A stretch of DNA of 64,000 nucleotides, taken from the NCBI GenBank assembly GCA_963712385.1, contig CAVQHS010000009.1, positions 603,146 through 667,145 of the forward strand, in the 5' to 3' direction. Below the pieces are notes generated by a model. The model did no database searches and was not told the DNA's origin. It was given only the letters and a program-made list of their open reading frames with translations. Position numbers and translations under genes: made by a program. Below are positions 7,582-16,275 of the stretch, piece by piece. Numbering within the stretch: position 1 is the stretch's first letter; the number at the start of each line of letters is the position of its first letter. Origin of the DNA: an uncultured Acidobacteriaceae bacterium. Lineage in GTDB: Bacteria > Acidobacteriota > Terriglobia > Terriglobales > Acidobacteriaceae.

Positions 7582-10077
7582 TCACGCGCTAGTGGCCGCT
7601 GCTTCTGCGGGCGGAGCGGCCCGTTCGTACTCGCACTCCTTGTTGGGGCAGGCGATCACCGGGCCGGCTTTGAGATTCTTCTCGACCAGATATTCGCTGC
7701 CACACTTCGGACACTTCTCCGCAATCGGCTTGTTCGCCGAAGTAAACTTGCACTTAGGATAATTCGAGCACCCGTAGAAAGTGTTCCCCTTGCGCGCGCG
7801 CTTTTCGACGAGATCGCCGTCCTTGCAGTCGGGACACTTCACGCCGATAAAATTCTGCTTCACATACTTGCACTCGGGATATCCACTGCAAGCCGTGAAC
7901 TCGCCAAAGCGCCCATGGCGGATCATCATATTCCGTCCGCACTTGGGACAAGGTTCGTCGAGCGGAATGTCGGGAACTTTCTTGCCCTGATCGAGCCGCC
8001 GCGTCGTCTTGCAATCGGGATAGCCCGTGCACGCCATGAACTGCCCGAATCGCCCGCGCTTCAAAACCATCACGCGTCCACAGTTTTCGCAGTATTCCTC
8101 GGCAGCGCCCGTCTCCTGCACGTCGGCCGAATCGAGGTCCGGCAGATTGATCGGATTTTCTTTGGTGAACGTGCAGGTGTTCGGATCGTCTTTATCGTAC
8201 GTGCTGCAAGCGTAGAAGGAACCGTGCTTGCCCCACTTGATCACCAGCGGCGCGCCACAGCGTTCGCATTTCTCGTCTGTGGGCTTCTCCATCCGCTTGA
8301 TGTTCTCCATATGCTTTTCTGCATATTTGAGATCCTTCTGGAATTTCTTGTAGAAATCTCCGAGAGCGTCGGTCCACTTCTCCTTACCCTCTTCAATCTC
8401 GTCGAGTTCCTCCTCCAGGCGGGCGGTATAGGCCACATCAAAAATGTCGCGGAAGTTTTCCACGAGAAGATCGGTCACGACCAGGCCGATCTCCGTCGGA
8501 GTGAACTTGCCACCCATCTTCTGCACGTACTGCCGCTCCTGAATCGTCGACAGAATCGCCGAATACGTTGAAGGACGGCCAATGCCGCGCTCTTCCAGTT
8601 CCTTCACCAGCGAAGCCTCGTTGTAGCGCGGCGGTGGTTCAGTAAAGTGCTGCTCGGGTTTCAATTCCTTGAGCGTGAGTTTCTGACCAGCCTCAAGCGG
8701 CGGCAGCTTGTGCTTGAGTTCCTCGTCCTCTTCGTCCTTGCCTTCTTTGGACTCTTCGTAAACTTTGAGGAAGCCGTCGAACTTCAAAACTGATCCCGTA
8801 ACGCGGAACCAGAACGCGTCGCCATTTTTCGTCTTGGCGTCGATATCGACGGTAGTCTGATCGAAAACGGCCGGGTTAATTTGCGACGCCACGAACCGTT
8901 GCCAGATCAGCTTGTAAACCTTGTACTCGTCTTCTTTTAAGTACTGCTTGATCTGATCGGGATGCCGTACCACGGAAGTTGGGCGAATGGCCTCGTGCGC
9001 GGCCTGCGCTTCCTTCTTTTCCTTGAAAGTGTTTGGAGTTTCCGGCAGATAACTCGGGCCGTATTCTTTTCCAACGTACTCGCGAACCTCCGCAATAGCC
9101 TCTGGCGCAACGCGAGTCGAGTCGGTACGCATATACGTAATGAGACCGACCAGGCCTTCTTCGCCCAGTTCCACGCCTTCGTAGAGCCGCTGCGCGATCA
9201 TCATGGTGCGCTTCACGCTGAAACGCACCTTGCGGGAGGCATCCTGCTGCAATTTGCTCGTAGTAAAAGGAGCGGCGGCGTTGCGGCGGCGTTCTTTCTT
9301 ATCGACCGAACGGACGACCCAGTTGGCTGTCTCCAGGGCCGTGCGAATCTTTTCTGCTTCCTCGCCGTTGTTGACTTCGATTTTCTCTTCACCCTTGCCG
9401 ACAAAGCGCGCGTCGAAAGCTGGCGGTTTGCTGGCGGCAAGATGAGCGTCGATCGTCCAGTACTCCTTTTTCTCGAACGCCTTGATTTCGCGCTCACGCT
9501 CAACGATCAAACGCAGAGCGACGGTCTGAACCCGGCCCGCAGAAAGCCCGCGCCGAACCTTATCCCATAAAAGAGGAGACACCTGATATCCCACCAAACG
9601 ATCGAGCACGCGACGGGCTTGCTGCGCATCCACCAAATTCTGATCGATAGCCCGCGGGTGCTCGAACGCCGCCTGCACAGCACGCTTCGTGATTTCGTTA
9701 AAAGTGACCCGCTGAATGCGCGGCGGAGCATCATCCGCATCCTTTTTTTTCTTTTTTGATTTCTTCGCGTGCCCGTTCCCATCAAGCTCGTCGGCAAGAT
9801 GGGCCGCAATGGCCTCGCCTTCGCGGTCCGGATCAGGCGCCAGGTAGATCGCATCCATCGGCCCAGCCAGCTTTTTCAGTTTGGCAAGCACTTTTTCTTT
9901 GCCAGGGATCACGATGTACTCGGTGGCGAACTCGTCGTCAACATCGACGCCCAAGTTGCTCTTGGGCAGATCCTTGACGTGGCCGAGCGAAGCCTCGACC
10001 GTGAAACCCTTCCCCAGATATTTCTGGATGGTCTTCGCCTTCGCCGGCGATTCCACAATGACTAAACTTTTAGACAA
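7582..10077 (-). CDS. topA: DNA topoisomerase I
   Basis: 831 aa. TOPRIM N-terminus LVIVESPAKAKTIQKYLG, a core with TYMRTDSTR, and several C-terminal C4 zinc ribbons (CERCGAP, CENCGR, CPKCGR, CPDCKDG, CPKCGS). Confidence 0.95.
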   Translation of the reverse strand: MSKSLVIVESPAKAKTIQKYLGKGFTVEASLGHVKDLPKSNLGVDVDDEFATEYIVIPGKEKVLAKLKKLAGPMDAIYLAPDPDREGEAIAAHLADELDGNGHAKKSKKKKKDADDAPPRIQRVTFNEITKRAVQAAFEHPRAIDQNLVDAQQARRVLDRLVGYQVSPLLWDKVRRGLSAGRVQTVALRLIVEREREIKAFEKKEYWTIDAHLAASKPPAFDARFVGKGEEKIEVNNGEEAEKIRTALETANWVVRSVDKKERRRNAAAPFTTSKLQQDASRKVRFSVKRTMMIAQRLYEGVELGEEGLVGLITYMRTDSTRVAPEAIAEVREYVGKEYGPSYLPETPNTFKEKKEAQAAHEAIRPTSVVRHPDQIKQYLKEDEYKVYKLIWQRFVASQINPAVFDQTTVDIDAKTKNGDAFWFRVTGSVLKFDGFLKVYEESKEGKDEEDEELKHKLPPLEAGQKLTLKELKPEQHFTEPPPRYNEASLVKELEERGIGRPSTYSAILSTIQERQYVQKMGGKFTPTEIGLVVTDLLVENFRDIFDVAYTARLEEELDEIEEGKEKWTDALGDFYKKFQKDLKYAEKHMENIKRMEKPTDEKCERCGAPLVIKWGKHGSFYACSTYDKDDPNTCTFTKENPINLPDLDSADVQETGAAEEYCENCGRVMVLKRGRFGQFMACTGYPDCKTTRRLDQGKKVPDIPLDEPCPKCGRNMMIRHGRFGEFTACSGYPECKYVKQNFIGVKCPDCKDGDLVEKRARKGNTFYGCSNYPKCKFTSANKPIAEKCPKCGSEYLVEKNLKAGPVIACPNKECEYERAAPPAEAAATSA

Positions 10078-10150
10078 TGTACCCTCAACACTAGAGTTTC
10101 GTTTTTGAAGCTAGCACGAATGGGCGGAAAGCAACAAGTTACGGGAAGAG

Positions 10151-10311
10151 AGCTTCCAGCCGCCAGCTCCTAGCTTCCAGCTAAAAACTGGTTCGTGCAA
10201 CCGCCGCACCAAAGCCGCCAGCATGCGCTGAATTTCCGGATTCCTTTGTCCAAGCTCTCGAACGTCTTTGGTTCGAGCACGTGCAAATCCCTGGCTAGCA
10301 GCTAGAAGCTT
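10151..10311. repeat. AGCTNCC heptamer-periodic arrays in inverted orientation
   Basis: Left array agcttcc|agccgcc|agctcct|agcttcc|agct (10151..10182). Right array ctggcta|gcagcta|gaagctt (10291..10311), whose reverse complement agcttctagctgctagcc resembles the left array. Lies between the dprA 3' end and the topA start. Confidence 0.55.
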
Positions 10312-11513
10312 TTCACAAAATTCTTCCCCGGCATCTGCTTCACTTTGCTGGTCAGCTCCAGCTCGAACAGGGCTGCGAAAATTTCTGAGGAGGACATTTC
10401 TGTTTCCAGCCGCTCCACCAGTTCGTCAATATGCGTAGCTTCGTCGGCTTTCAGCAGGCTCAGGACTCGCTGCTCGTGGGGAGGAAGCCCTTCGTCCGGA
10501 AATAGAGATGCAGACGACGCGCCTGCGGATTCAGGCGAGGAGGTTGGCGTCAGCGCAAGCTTCACCTCCGGCGGCAGATCCTCCCACACATCTTCCCACG
10601 TGGCGACGAGCTTTGCGCCCTGTTTTATCAGGGTGTTAGGGCCCCAGGAATTCTTGTTCGTAACGTTGCCGGGAACGGCAAATACATCGCGATTTTGCTC
10701 GAGTGCGCAACGGGCCGTGATGCGAGTGCCCGAGTATTCGGCCGCTTCCACCACCAGCACGCCGGCCGACATTCCACTCAGAATCCGATTACGGATCGGG
10801 AAATTCTGAGGAGCGGCAAACGTACCCAGAGGGAACTCGGAAATCAAAGCGCCGCCGAGAGCGAGAATCTGTTCGGCTAGGCGAGAATTCTCTTTCGGAT
10901 AAATCACATCGACACCTGTGCCGAACACCGCGATGGTTTTGCCTTTGGCAGAGATCGCGCCGCGATGGCTGGCAGTATCAACTCCGCGCGCCATGCCGCT
11001 GATGATTACTAGTCCCTGGGCGGCCAAATCACAGGCCAGCCGTTCGGCCATCCCCGAACCATAAGGCGTGGGATGGCGTGTACCCACCATGGCTATTCCC
11101 GGCTGCTTGAGCAGTTCGGCACTCCCGCGCAGGTAGAGCAACAGGGGCGGGTCGTAGATTTCTTTCAGCCGCGGCGGATAACATGGATCTTCGCAAGAGA
11201 CCAATGTAATACCCTGTTCAGCAACACGAGCGATTTCTTCCCGCGCTAGTTCCGACGAATTGCCGGTCGCAATCGACTGTGCGGATGCGGCCTGAATTCC
11301 CGTGGCCTCCAACTCAGTCAGCGAGGCGTGAAATACGGCTTCGGCAGAGCCGAAGTGATCGACAAGTTTCCTTGCCCTGGGCGGTCCCATGCCGGGAGTA
11401 AGCGAAAGAGCAAGCCAATTCAAAATGTGGGTCGATGGGCTGGCAACGGCGTTGGACAAATCTCGCCTCCGGTTTGCGCTCGATTGGCGGACTGTAGTTT
11501 CTTCAGCGAGCAA
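10302..11513 (-). CDS. dprA: DNA-processing protein DprA (Smf)
   Basis: 403 aa. GIAMVGTRHPTPYGSGMAERLACDLAAQGLVIISGMARGVDTASHRGA and FAVPGNV motifs, with a C-terminal winged-helix-like tail. The exact start is uncertain. Confidence 0.9.
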   Translation of the reverse strand: MLAEETTVRQSSANRRRDLSNAVASPSTHILNWLALSLTPGMGPPRARKLVDHFGSAEAVFHASLTELEATGIQAASAQSIATGNSSELAREEIARVAEQGITLVSCEDPCYPPRLKEIYDPPLLLYLRGSAELLKQPGIAMVGTRHPTPYGSGMAERLACDLAAQGLVIISGMARGVDTASHRGAISAKGKTIAVFGTGVDVIYPKENSRLAEQILALGGALISEFPLGTFAAPQNFPIRNRILSGMSAGVLVVEAAEYSGTRITARCALEQNRDVFAVPGNVTNKNSWGPNTLIKQGAKLVATWEDVWEDLPPEVKLALTPTSSPESAGASSASLFPDEGLPPHEQRVLSLLKADEATHIDELVERLETEMSSSEIFAALFELELTSKVKQMPGKNFVKSF

Positions 11514-11573
11514 GTGTCAAGGAATGTCATCACGAAGTGCGGCGAAAAGTCCTCTGTTAGAATCAAAACAGGA

Positions 11574-12413
11574 ATGAGGCGTCTACGCATCTCGGCCATC
11601 TCCTACCTGAATACTGCCCCGCTAATGTGGGATTTCGAGCACGGGCAGGCGGGTCGCGAGTTCGACATTTCTTATACTCTTCCTTCTGTCTGCGCGCGTC
11701 AGCTCGCGGCGGGCACCGCGGATATCGGCATTATTCCCGTCGCTGCCTATGCCTCAATTCCTGATCTCGTAGTTTTGCCTGCAGTCGCGATCGCATCACG
11801 CCGTCCGGTGCGATCGATTCTGCTGGTCAGTAAGGTTCCGATAGAAAAAATTCGAACTGTGGCGCTTGATACCTCTTCGATGACCTCAGTTGCGCTCGCG
11901 AAGGTGATCTTCGAAAAGTGGTTGGGCGGTGGACGTACGTTTTCGTCAGCCCAACCGGACCTCGAAAAAATGCTGGCCACGCACGATGCCGGGCTGCTAA
12001 TCGGCGACCCAGCGCTGCGGGTGGATCGCGCACAATATTTCACGCTGGATTTAGCGGAGGAGTGGATTCGCCACACCGCCCGGCCATTCGTCTTCGCCTT
12101 CTGGGCGGTTCGCGAGAGCGCCCTGCGTGAAGCCGAATATCCGCAAGACTTGGCGGCTGTTTTTCAGGATTCCTGCGATCATGGCCTGGAACCTGCAAGC
12201 CTCGACCACATTGCACACGAATGGGGGCCGCGCCTGGGCCTAACCGAAGCGAGCGTTCGCTCTTACCTCACCGAAAACATTTACTACCAACTCGATCCCA
12301 TTTGCCTGGAGGGCCTGCGATTGTTCTATCGCTACGCGGCGGAGATTGGATCCCTGCCCGCCGCCCCCGAACTCCGGTTTGTGGACGCGGTAAAACCCTG
12401 TATAGCGCAATAG
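11574..12413 (+). CDS. mqnA: Chorismate dehydratase MqnA (futalosine pathway)
   Basis: The internal ATG at 11574 opens MRRLRISAISYLNTAPLMWDFEHG, the MqnA signature. The upstream part of ORF 11328.. is antisense to dprA and reads as nonsense. Confidence 0.8.
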   Translation: MRRLRISAISYLNTAPLMWDFEHGQAGREFDISYTLPSVCARQLAAGTADIGIIPVAAYASIPDLVVLPAVAIASRRPVRSILLVSKVPIEKIRTVALDTSSMTSVALAKVIFEKWLGGGRTFSSAQPDLEKMLATHDAGLLIGDPALRVDRAQYFTLDLAEEWIRHTARPFVFAFWAVRESALREAEYPQDLAAVFQDSCDHGLEPASLDHIAHEWGPRLGLTEASVRSYLTENIYYQLDPICLEGLRLFYRYAAEIGSLPAAPELRFVDAVKPCIAQ

Positions 12414-12445
12414 CTGCCGAGCCAGTACACTCCTACAACCTGAAA

Positions 12446-13090
12446 ATGGTGCATCCTCTTCAACCGTGGCTGGCAATGACGGTGTGGCGGCATCTGCGCC
12501 GCATGGGCGGCCCGGGCCTGCTTTTATTGGGCATAGCTGACAATTCCATCGTTCCGCTCACGGGAAGCATGGACGTGCTGAACATCTGGCTGGCGGCGCG
12601 GCATCGCGAGCCATGGCCGTATTACGCGTTCATGGCTACCTTGGGCGCGGTCGTCGGAGGCTACATCACTTATGCGATTGCCCGCAAGGGAGGCGCGGAA
12701 GCGATGGAGCGCAAGCTCTCAAAGAAACGAGCTGCGCAGGTTTCGCGAGCTTTTGCGCGCTGGGGATTCTTGGCCGTCGCGCTTCCGGCTCTCCTGCCCC
12801 CGCCGTTTCCCTTTGTGCCGTTCCTTATAGCCGCAGGCGCAGGGCAATATTCGCCAAAGAAGTTTGTAGGAGCACTGACTCTGGGGCGCGGAGTTCGCTA
12901 CACCATCGGCGCTTGGCTCGGCTTCGTCTACGGTCGGCATATTCTGCGTTTTTTCGGCGAATACTACGCGCCGGCACTTTCCATATTGATCGGATTAGCG
13001 GCTTTGGGGTCGCTGCTGACGCTGATTCAGTATCTCCGGTATCGGAGACATCATCCGTCGCCGGCGCGGGCGGGGGCGGGGGCGGCTTAA
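12446..13090 (+). CDS. YqaA/DedA-type (VTT domain) membrane protein
   Basis: ATG 12446 opens MVHPLQPWLAM... Contains GIADNSIVPLTGSMDVL, a hydrophobic core, and ALLPPPFPFVPFLIAAG. Confidence 0.65.
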   Translation: MVHPLQPWLAMTVWRHLRRMGGPGLLLLGIADNSIVPLTGSMDVLNIWLAARHREPWPYYAFMATLGAVVGGYITYAIARKGGAEAMERKLSKKRAAQVSRAFARWGFLAVALPALLPPPFPFVPFLIAAGAGQYSPKKFVGALTLGRGVRYTIGAWLGFVYGRHILRFFGEYYAPALSILIGLAALGSLLTLIQYLRYRRHHPSPARAGAGAA

Positions 13091-13171
13091 TTGAACTCCA
13101 CGGGCGAACGGAGGTTAGGCCGAGACTACAGTTTGATGTCGCGTACCTGTCGGCTAGAATGGAAGTGCACC

Positions 13172-14218
13172 ATGTCCCTAACCAAATCCCAAGCCCTCGA
13201 CCTCTTTCACTCCGACGACCTCATCGGCATCGGCATGGAGGCCGACGCTATCAGGCGACACAAGCATCCCGAGGGCGTAGTCACCTACATCATTGACCGC
13301 AACATTAATTACACCAACTTCTGCACCGAGTACTGCACCTTCTGCGCCTTCTACCGCCCGCTCAAGGGCCCCGCAGCCAAAGAAGGCTACATCCTCGACT
13401 TCGACACCATCTACGAAAAAATTCGCGAAACCGTCGAACTCGGCGGCACCGGCGTGCTGATGCAGGGGGGCCTGCATCCCGACCTCAAAATCGACTGGCA
13501 CGAGCAAATGCTGCGCGGCATCAAGCAGCGCTTTCCGCAGATTCATCTGCATTGCTACTCGGCCTCGGAGATCATCGCCATCGCCGAATACAGCAGCCTC
13601 TCGATTCGCGACACGATCCTTCGCCTGCGCGACGCCGGCCTCGACTCCATCCCCGGCGGCGGCGCAGAAATTCTGGACGACGAAGTCCGCTACAAAATCG
13701 CCCGCCTGAAGTGCCTGACGGGTGACTGGATCAATGTTCACCGCACCGCCCACCAGCTAGGGATGCGCACAACCGCCACAATGATGTTCGGCGTAGGCGA
13801 AAGCTACGAGCACCGCATCAACCATTTCCAGGAGCTATACAACCTGCAGGAAGAAACCGGAGGCTTCACCGCCTTCATCCCCTGGAGCTTCCAGCCCCAC
13901 AACACCGCCCTCGGCGGCCGCCACTGGGACGAAGCCACTGCCGTCGAATACCTCAAAGTCCTGGCCATCTCGCGCCTCTATCTCTCCAACTTCCTCAACG
14001 TGCAATCCAGTTGGGTCACGCAAGGCCTAAAAGTCTGCCAAATGGGCCTACGCTTCGGCGGCAACGACGTCGGCTCGGTAATGCTGGAAGAAAACGTAGT
14101 GCGCGCCGCAGGAGTGAATAACTGCACGACCGAAGAAGAGCTACGCCGCATTATCCGCGATGCGGGATTCCGGCCCGCGCAGAGGGATACATTGTATCGG
14201 CAGTATTTCCTCAACTAA
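13172..14218 (+). CDS. mqnC: Radical-SAM menaquinone enzyme, most likely cyclic dehypoxanthinyl futalosine synthase MqnC
   Basis: VTYIIDRNINYTNFCTEYCTFCAFYR carries the CxxxCxxC cluster. About 348 aa from ATG 13172. MqnE cannot be excluded without a search. Confidence 0.65.
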   Translation: MSLTKSQALDLFHSDDLIGIGMEADAIRRHKHPEGVVTYIIDRNINYTNFCTEYCTFCAFYRPLKGPAAKEGYILDFDTIYEKIRETVELGGTGVLMQGGLHPDLKIDWHEQMLRGIKQRFPQIHLHCYSASEIIAIAEYSSLSIRDTILRLRDAGLDSIPGGGAEILDDEVRYKIARLKCLTGDWINVHRTAHQLGMRTTATMMFGVGESYEHRINHFQELYNLQEETGGFTAFIPWSFQPHNTALGGRHWDEATAVEYLKVLAISRLYLSNFLNVQSSWVTQGLKVCQMGLRFGGNDVGSVMLEENVVRAAGVNNCTTEEELRRIIRDAGFRPAQRDTLYRQYFLN

Positions 14219-14229
14219 GTCGAGGTCCT

Positions 14230-14550
14230 ATGCCTTTCATCGACACCCACAATCTCAAGGTCATCGAGCGCTTGCCTGGATGGCATGGACGTTATTTTCA
14301 CTCGCCGAGCATGACGTTCGCGCATTATGAATTCACCCGCGGTGCCTCGATTCACGAGCACTTCCATCCCCAGGAAGAAGTTTATGAAGTAATCGAGGGA
14401 GAGATGGAAGTAACCATCGACGGCGAGGCCCAGATTGTCCGCCCGGGCGTGGTTGCCATCATCCCCGGCAATGTGCGGCATTCCGTAAGGGCCCTCACCG
14501 ACGGCCGGGCCATTATCATCGACTATCCCCTGCGTCGGGACTTCGCCTAG
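14230..14550 (+). CDS. Cupin-domain protein
   Basis: 106 aa. GASIHEHFHPQEEVYEVIEGEMEVTIDGE...PGNVRHSV matches the cupin motifs G(X)5HxH..E and P.G..H. Confidence 0.75.
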   Translation: MPFIDTHNLKVIERLPGWHGRYFHSPSMTFAHYEFTRGASIHEHFHPQEEVYEVIEGEMEVTIDGEAQIVRPGVVAIIPGNVRHSVRALTDGRAIIIDYPLRRDFA

Positions 14551-14606
14551 ATTGGTATACGCGCCTGTTGGGCTTCCCTCCGCTGCGGTAAGAAGGGCCG
14601 GGTGCA

Positions 14607-14659
14607 CCACTTCTCGCTTTCTTTGCGAGAAGTGGGATTGCAGCGCGAAAGCCGCGCTC
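14607..14659. repeat. REP-like double hairpin
   Basis: ccacttctcgc-tttcttt-gcgagaagtgg is an 11-bp perfect stem (14607..14635). It is followed by agcgcg-aaagc-cgcgct (14643..14659). Neither has a T-run. Confidence 0.6.
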
Positions 14660-14857
14660 GATTTCACAACGTCTGAAAATGCAAACGGCCCCGGAAATCC
14701 CGGAGCCGTCCGCGAGAACGAAAGACAGTTCCTCGCCAAGATGTCTTCTACATTATCGAAACAATCCGGCTGCAAATCAAGTTACTTTCAGGAGGGCTAC
14801 ACCTCGCTGGTCGCACCCTCCACTCGTCCCTGAGAGACATCCTCAATCATAGAGGAA

Positions 14858-14927
14858 TGGACCTGGAGGGATTCGAACCCTCACCTGTACCTTGGCAAGG
14901 AACTGTGCTCCGTTACACCACAGGCCC
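14858..14927 (-). tRNA. tRNA-Gly (anticodon GCC)
   Basis: Minus strand reads GGGCCTG TG GTGTAACGGAGCAC A GTTCC TTGCCAA GGTAC AGGT GAGGG TTCGAAT CCCTC CAGGTCC A. The 7-bp acceptor stem has one G-U pair, the T-loop is TTCGAAT, and the anticodon loop is TTGCCAA. CCA is not encoded. Confidence 0.85.
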
Positions 14928-15039
14928 GCGGTGCCAGAGGATACTACGCCAAAAGCCGCGTAGACCTGAGGTTACCGAGAAAATCTACAGGGAAGCGCTT
15001 TCGTTTTGGGAAAACACAGTCCACACAACGCGGGATAAA

Positions 15040-15273
15040 ATGGAGATTACGGTGGCCTACCCAATCAAAACCTGCGTTGTCTGTGGCGAGGAATTTGAAC
15101 TAAGGCCGGGCAAGCCGGGCTTCGCCAACCGCTGCCCTTCATGCAGCGAAGAAAATGCCGCCGACTCAACTTCCAAGCCTGCGTTGGATGCGGATGAACG
15201 TAAAACCCAGCGGGAGGCCGACGAAGCTCGCCGCCAGGCAATGCGCAATCTGCTCTATCGCAAAGATAGCTGA
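15040..15273 (+). CDS. Small zinc-ribbon-like protein (77 aa)
   Basis: ATG 15040 opens MEITVAYPIKTCVVCGEEFELRPGKPGFANRCPSCSEENAADS..., with a CxxC...CxxC pair. The upstream part of ORF 14857.. overlaps the tRNA and is discarded. Confidence 0.45.
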   Translation: MEITVAYPIKTCVVCGEEFELRPGKPGFANRCPSCSEENAADSTSKPALDADERKTQREADEARRQAMRNLLYRKDS

Positions 15274-16052
15274 GCAACAGTTTGCTCGGGAGCGACCTTA
15301 GCCCCGAGTTTCTTAGCGGCAATTTCAAAGTAGTTCGCAACTTCCAATAGCGGATCAACGCCCGTCAAGTGTCCGATCAGTGCAATCCTCACCCCTCCTT
15401 CCGGTGCTGGCAGGTCTGGCAATCTGTGTCTGAGTTCTGCGTTGAGGTATTGCATTTCGCCAAGGACGTGCATTTGCAAATCAAGGTTGTGAGAACGATA
15501 GAGCGAACTGGTTTGCTCGTTATACTGCGACGCCATCTGCCGGATCTGGTCGACGGTGGCGCCCCGGCTGGAAATCCTGAATGCGTCTAAGCTCGCCTGG
15601 TTCTCCTGGCTCTGTTTGGCATGCATTTCCCGGAGTTGTCTCACGAGCGACATCGTCCGGCGGTAAAGCAGGGAGTCGCTTATTTTACTCGCCGTCGTTT
15701 CTCGCGCAAGTTTCTCGATGACCTTCGCGATACCCGCGGATTGTTCTTTACTGAGTTTTTCAGTAGCGGACTGAAAAGCGTCCAAGGCCTGCTTCACTTG
15801 AAGCCGCTCTGCATCGGAGGTATCCAGTTGGGTTTTGAGTTGGAAAACCTCTTCACGTAGTAGCGCTACCTCCCGGCTGGCCGATTTCCGGTCCGACTGC
15901 CGATTGATGACCACATAGGTCTGAGTTGCAACCCACATGCCTGCCAATGCCATAACCCACCACTTGCGTTGCAGACGTTTGGGCAACCTTAAGCGAATGC
16001 CTGCCAAAGAAACTTCGATGATTCGCACTGCTTGAGCGATTTTTTGCTTCAT
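15255..16052 (-). CDS. Membrane-anchored coiled-coil protein, unknown function
   Basis: 265 aa with one N-terminal TM helix (WWVMALAGMWVATQTYVVI) followed by long heptad-like Q/E/K/L-rich helices. Its 3' end overlaps the convergent small ORF by 19 nt. Confidence 0.55.
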   Translation of the reverse strand: MKQKIAQAVRIIEVSLAGIRLRLPKRLQRKWWVMALAGMWVATQTYVVINRQSDRKSASREVALLREEVFQLKTQLDTSDAERLQVKQALDAFQSATEKLSKEQSAGIAKVIEKLARETTASKISDSLLYRRTMSLVRQLREMHAKQSQENQASLDAFRISSRGATVDQIRQMASQYNEQTSSLYRSHNLDLQMHVLGEMQYLNAELRHRLPDLPAPEGGVRIALIGHLTGVDPLLEVANYFEIAAKKLGAKVAPEQTVAQLSLR

Positions 16053-16205
16053 GCTATTTTCTGCCGAAGTTGGTTACAAATTCACAACTTCGCCCGAACC
16101 TGCAATTTGTTTCCCAAAAGATGATTAGGTTTTGCTAAACGCACCTAGGCCTGGGGGCGCCAAAATCACCTATGACGGAACAATGAAATTGCTCTAAAAT
16201 AGTCG

Positions 16206-16233
16206 TGTGTTCGCTCCTCACGAACACGTTTTT
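16206..16233 (+). terminator. Terminator/attenuator-like hairpin in the leader of the next gene
   Basis: tgtgttcg-ctcctca-cgaacacg forms 7 bp plus one G-U pair, followed by ttttt. It lies 43 nt upstream of ATG 16276. Confidence 0.4.
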
Positions 16234-16275
16234 CGGGCAAGGTTCAATTCTCTCCCAACAACTTGCCGGCAAGCC

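Noticed and set aside
14857-15039. 5' part of the 138-aa ORF 14857..15273
   Set aside because: It runs antisense across the tRNA-Gly gene (MDLEGFEPSPVPWQGTVLRYTTGP is the tRNA read backwards). Only the segment from ATG 15040 is kept, and at low confidence.
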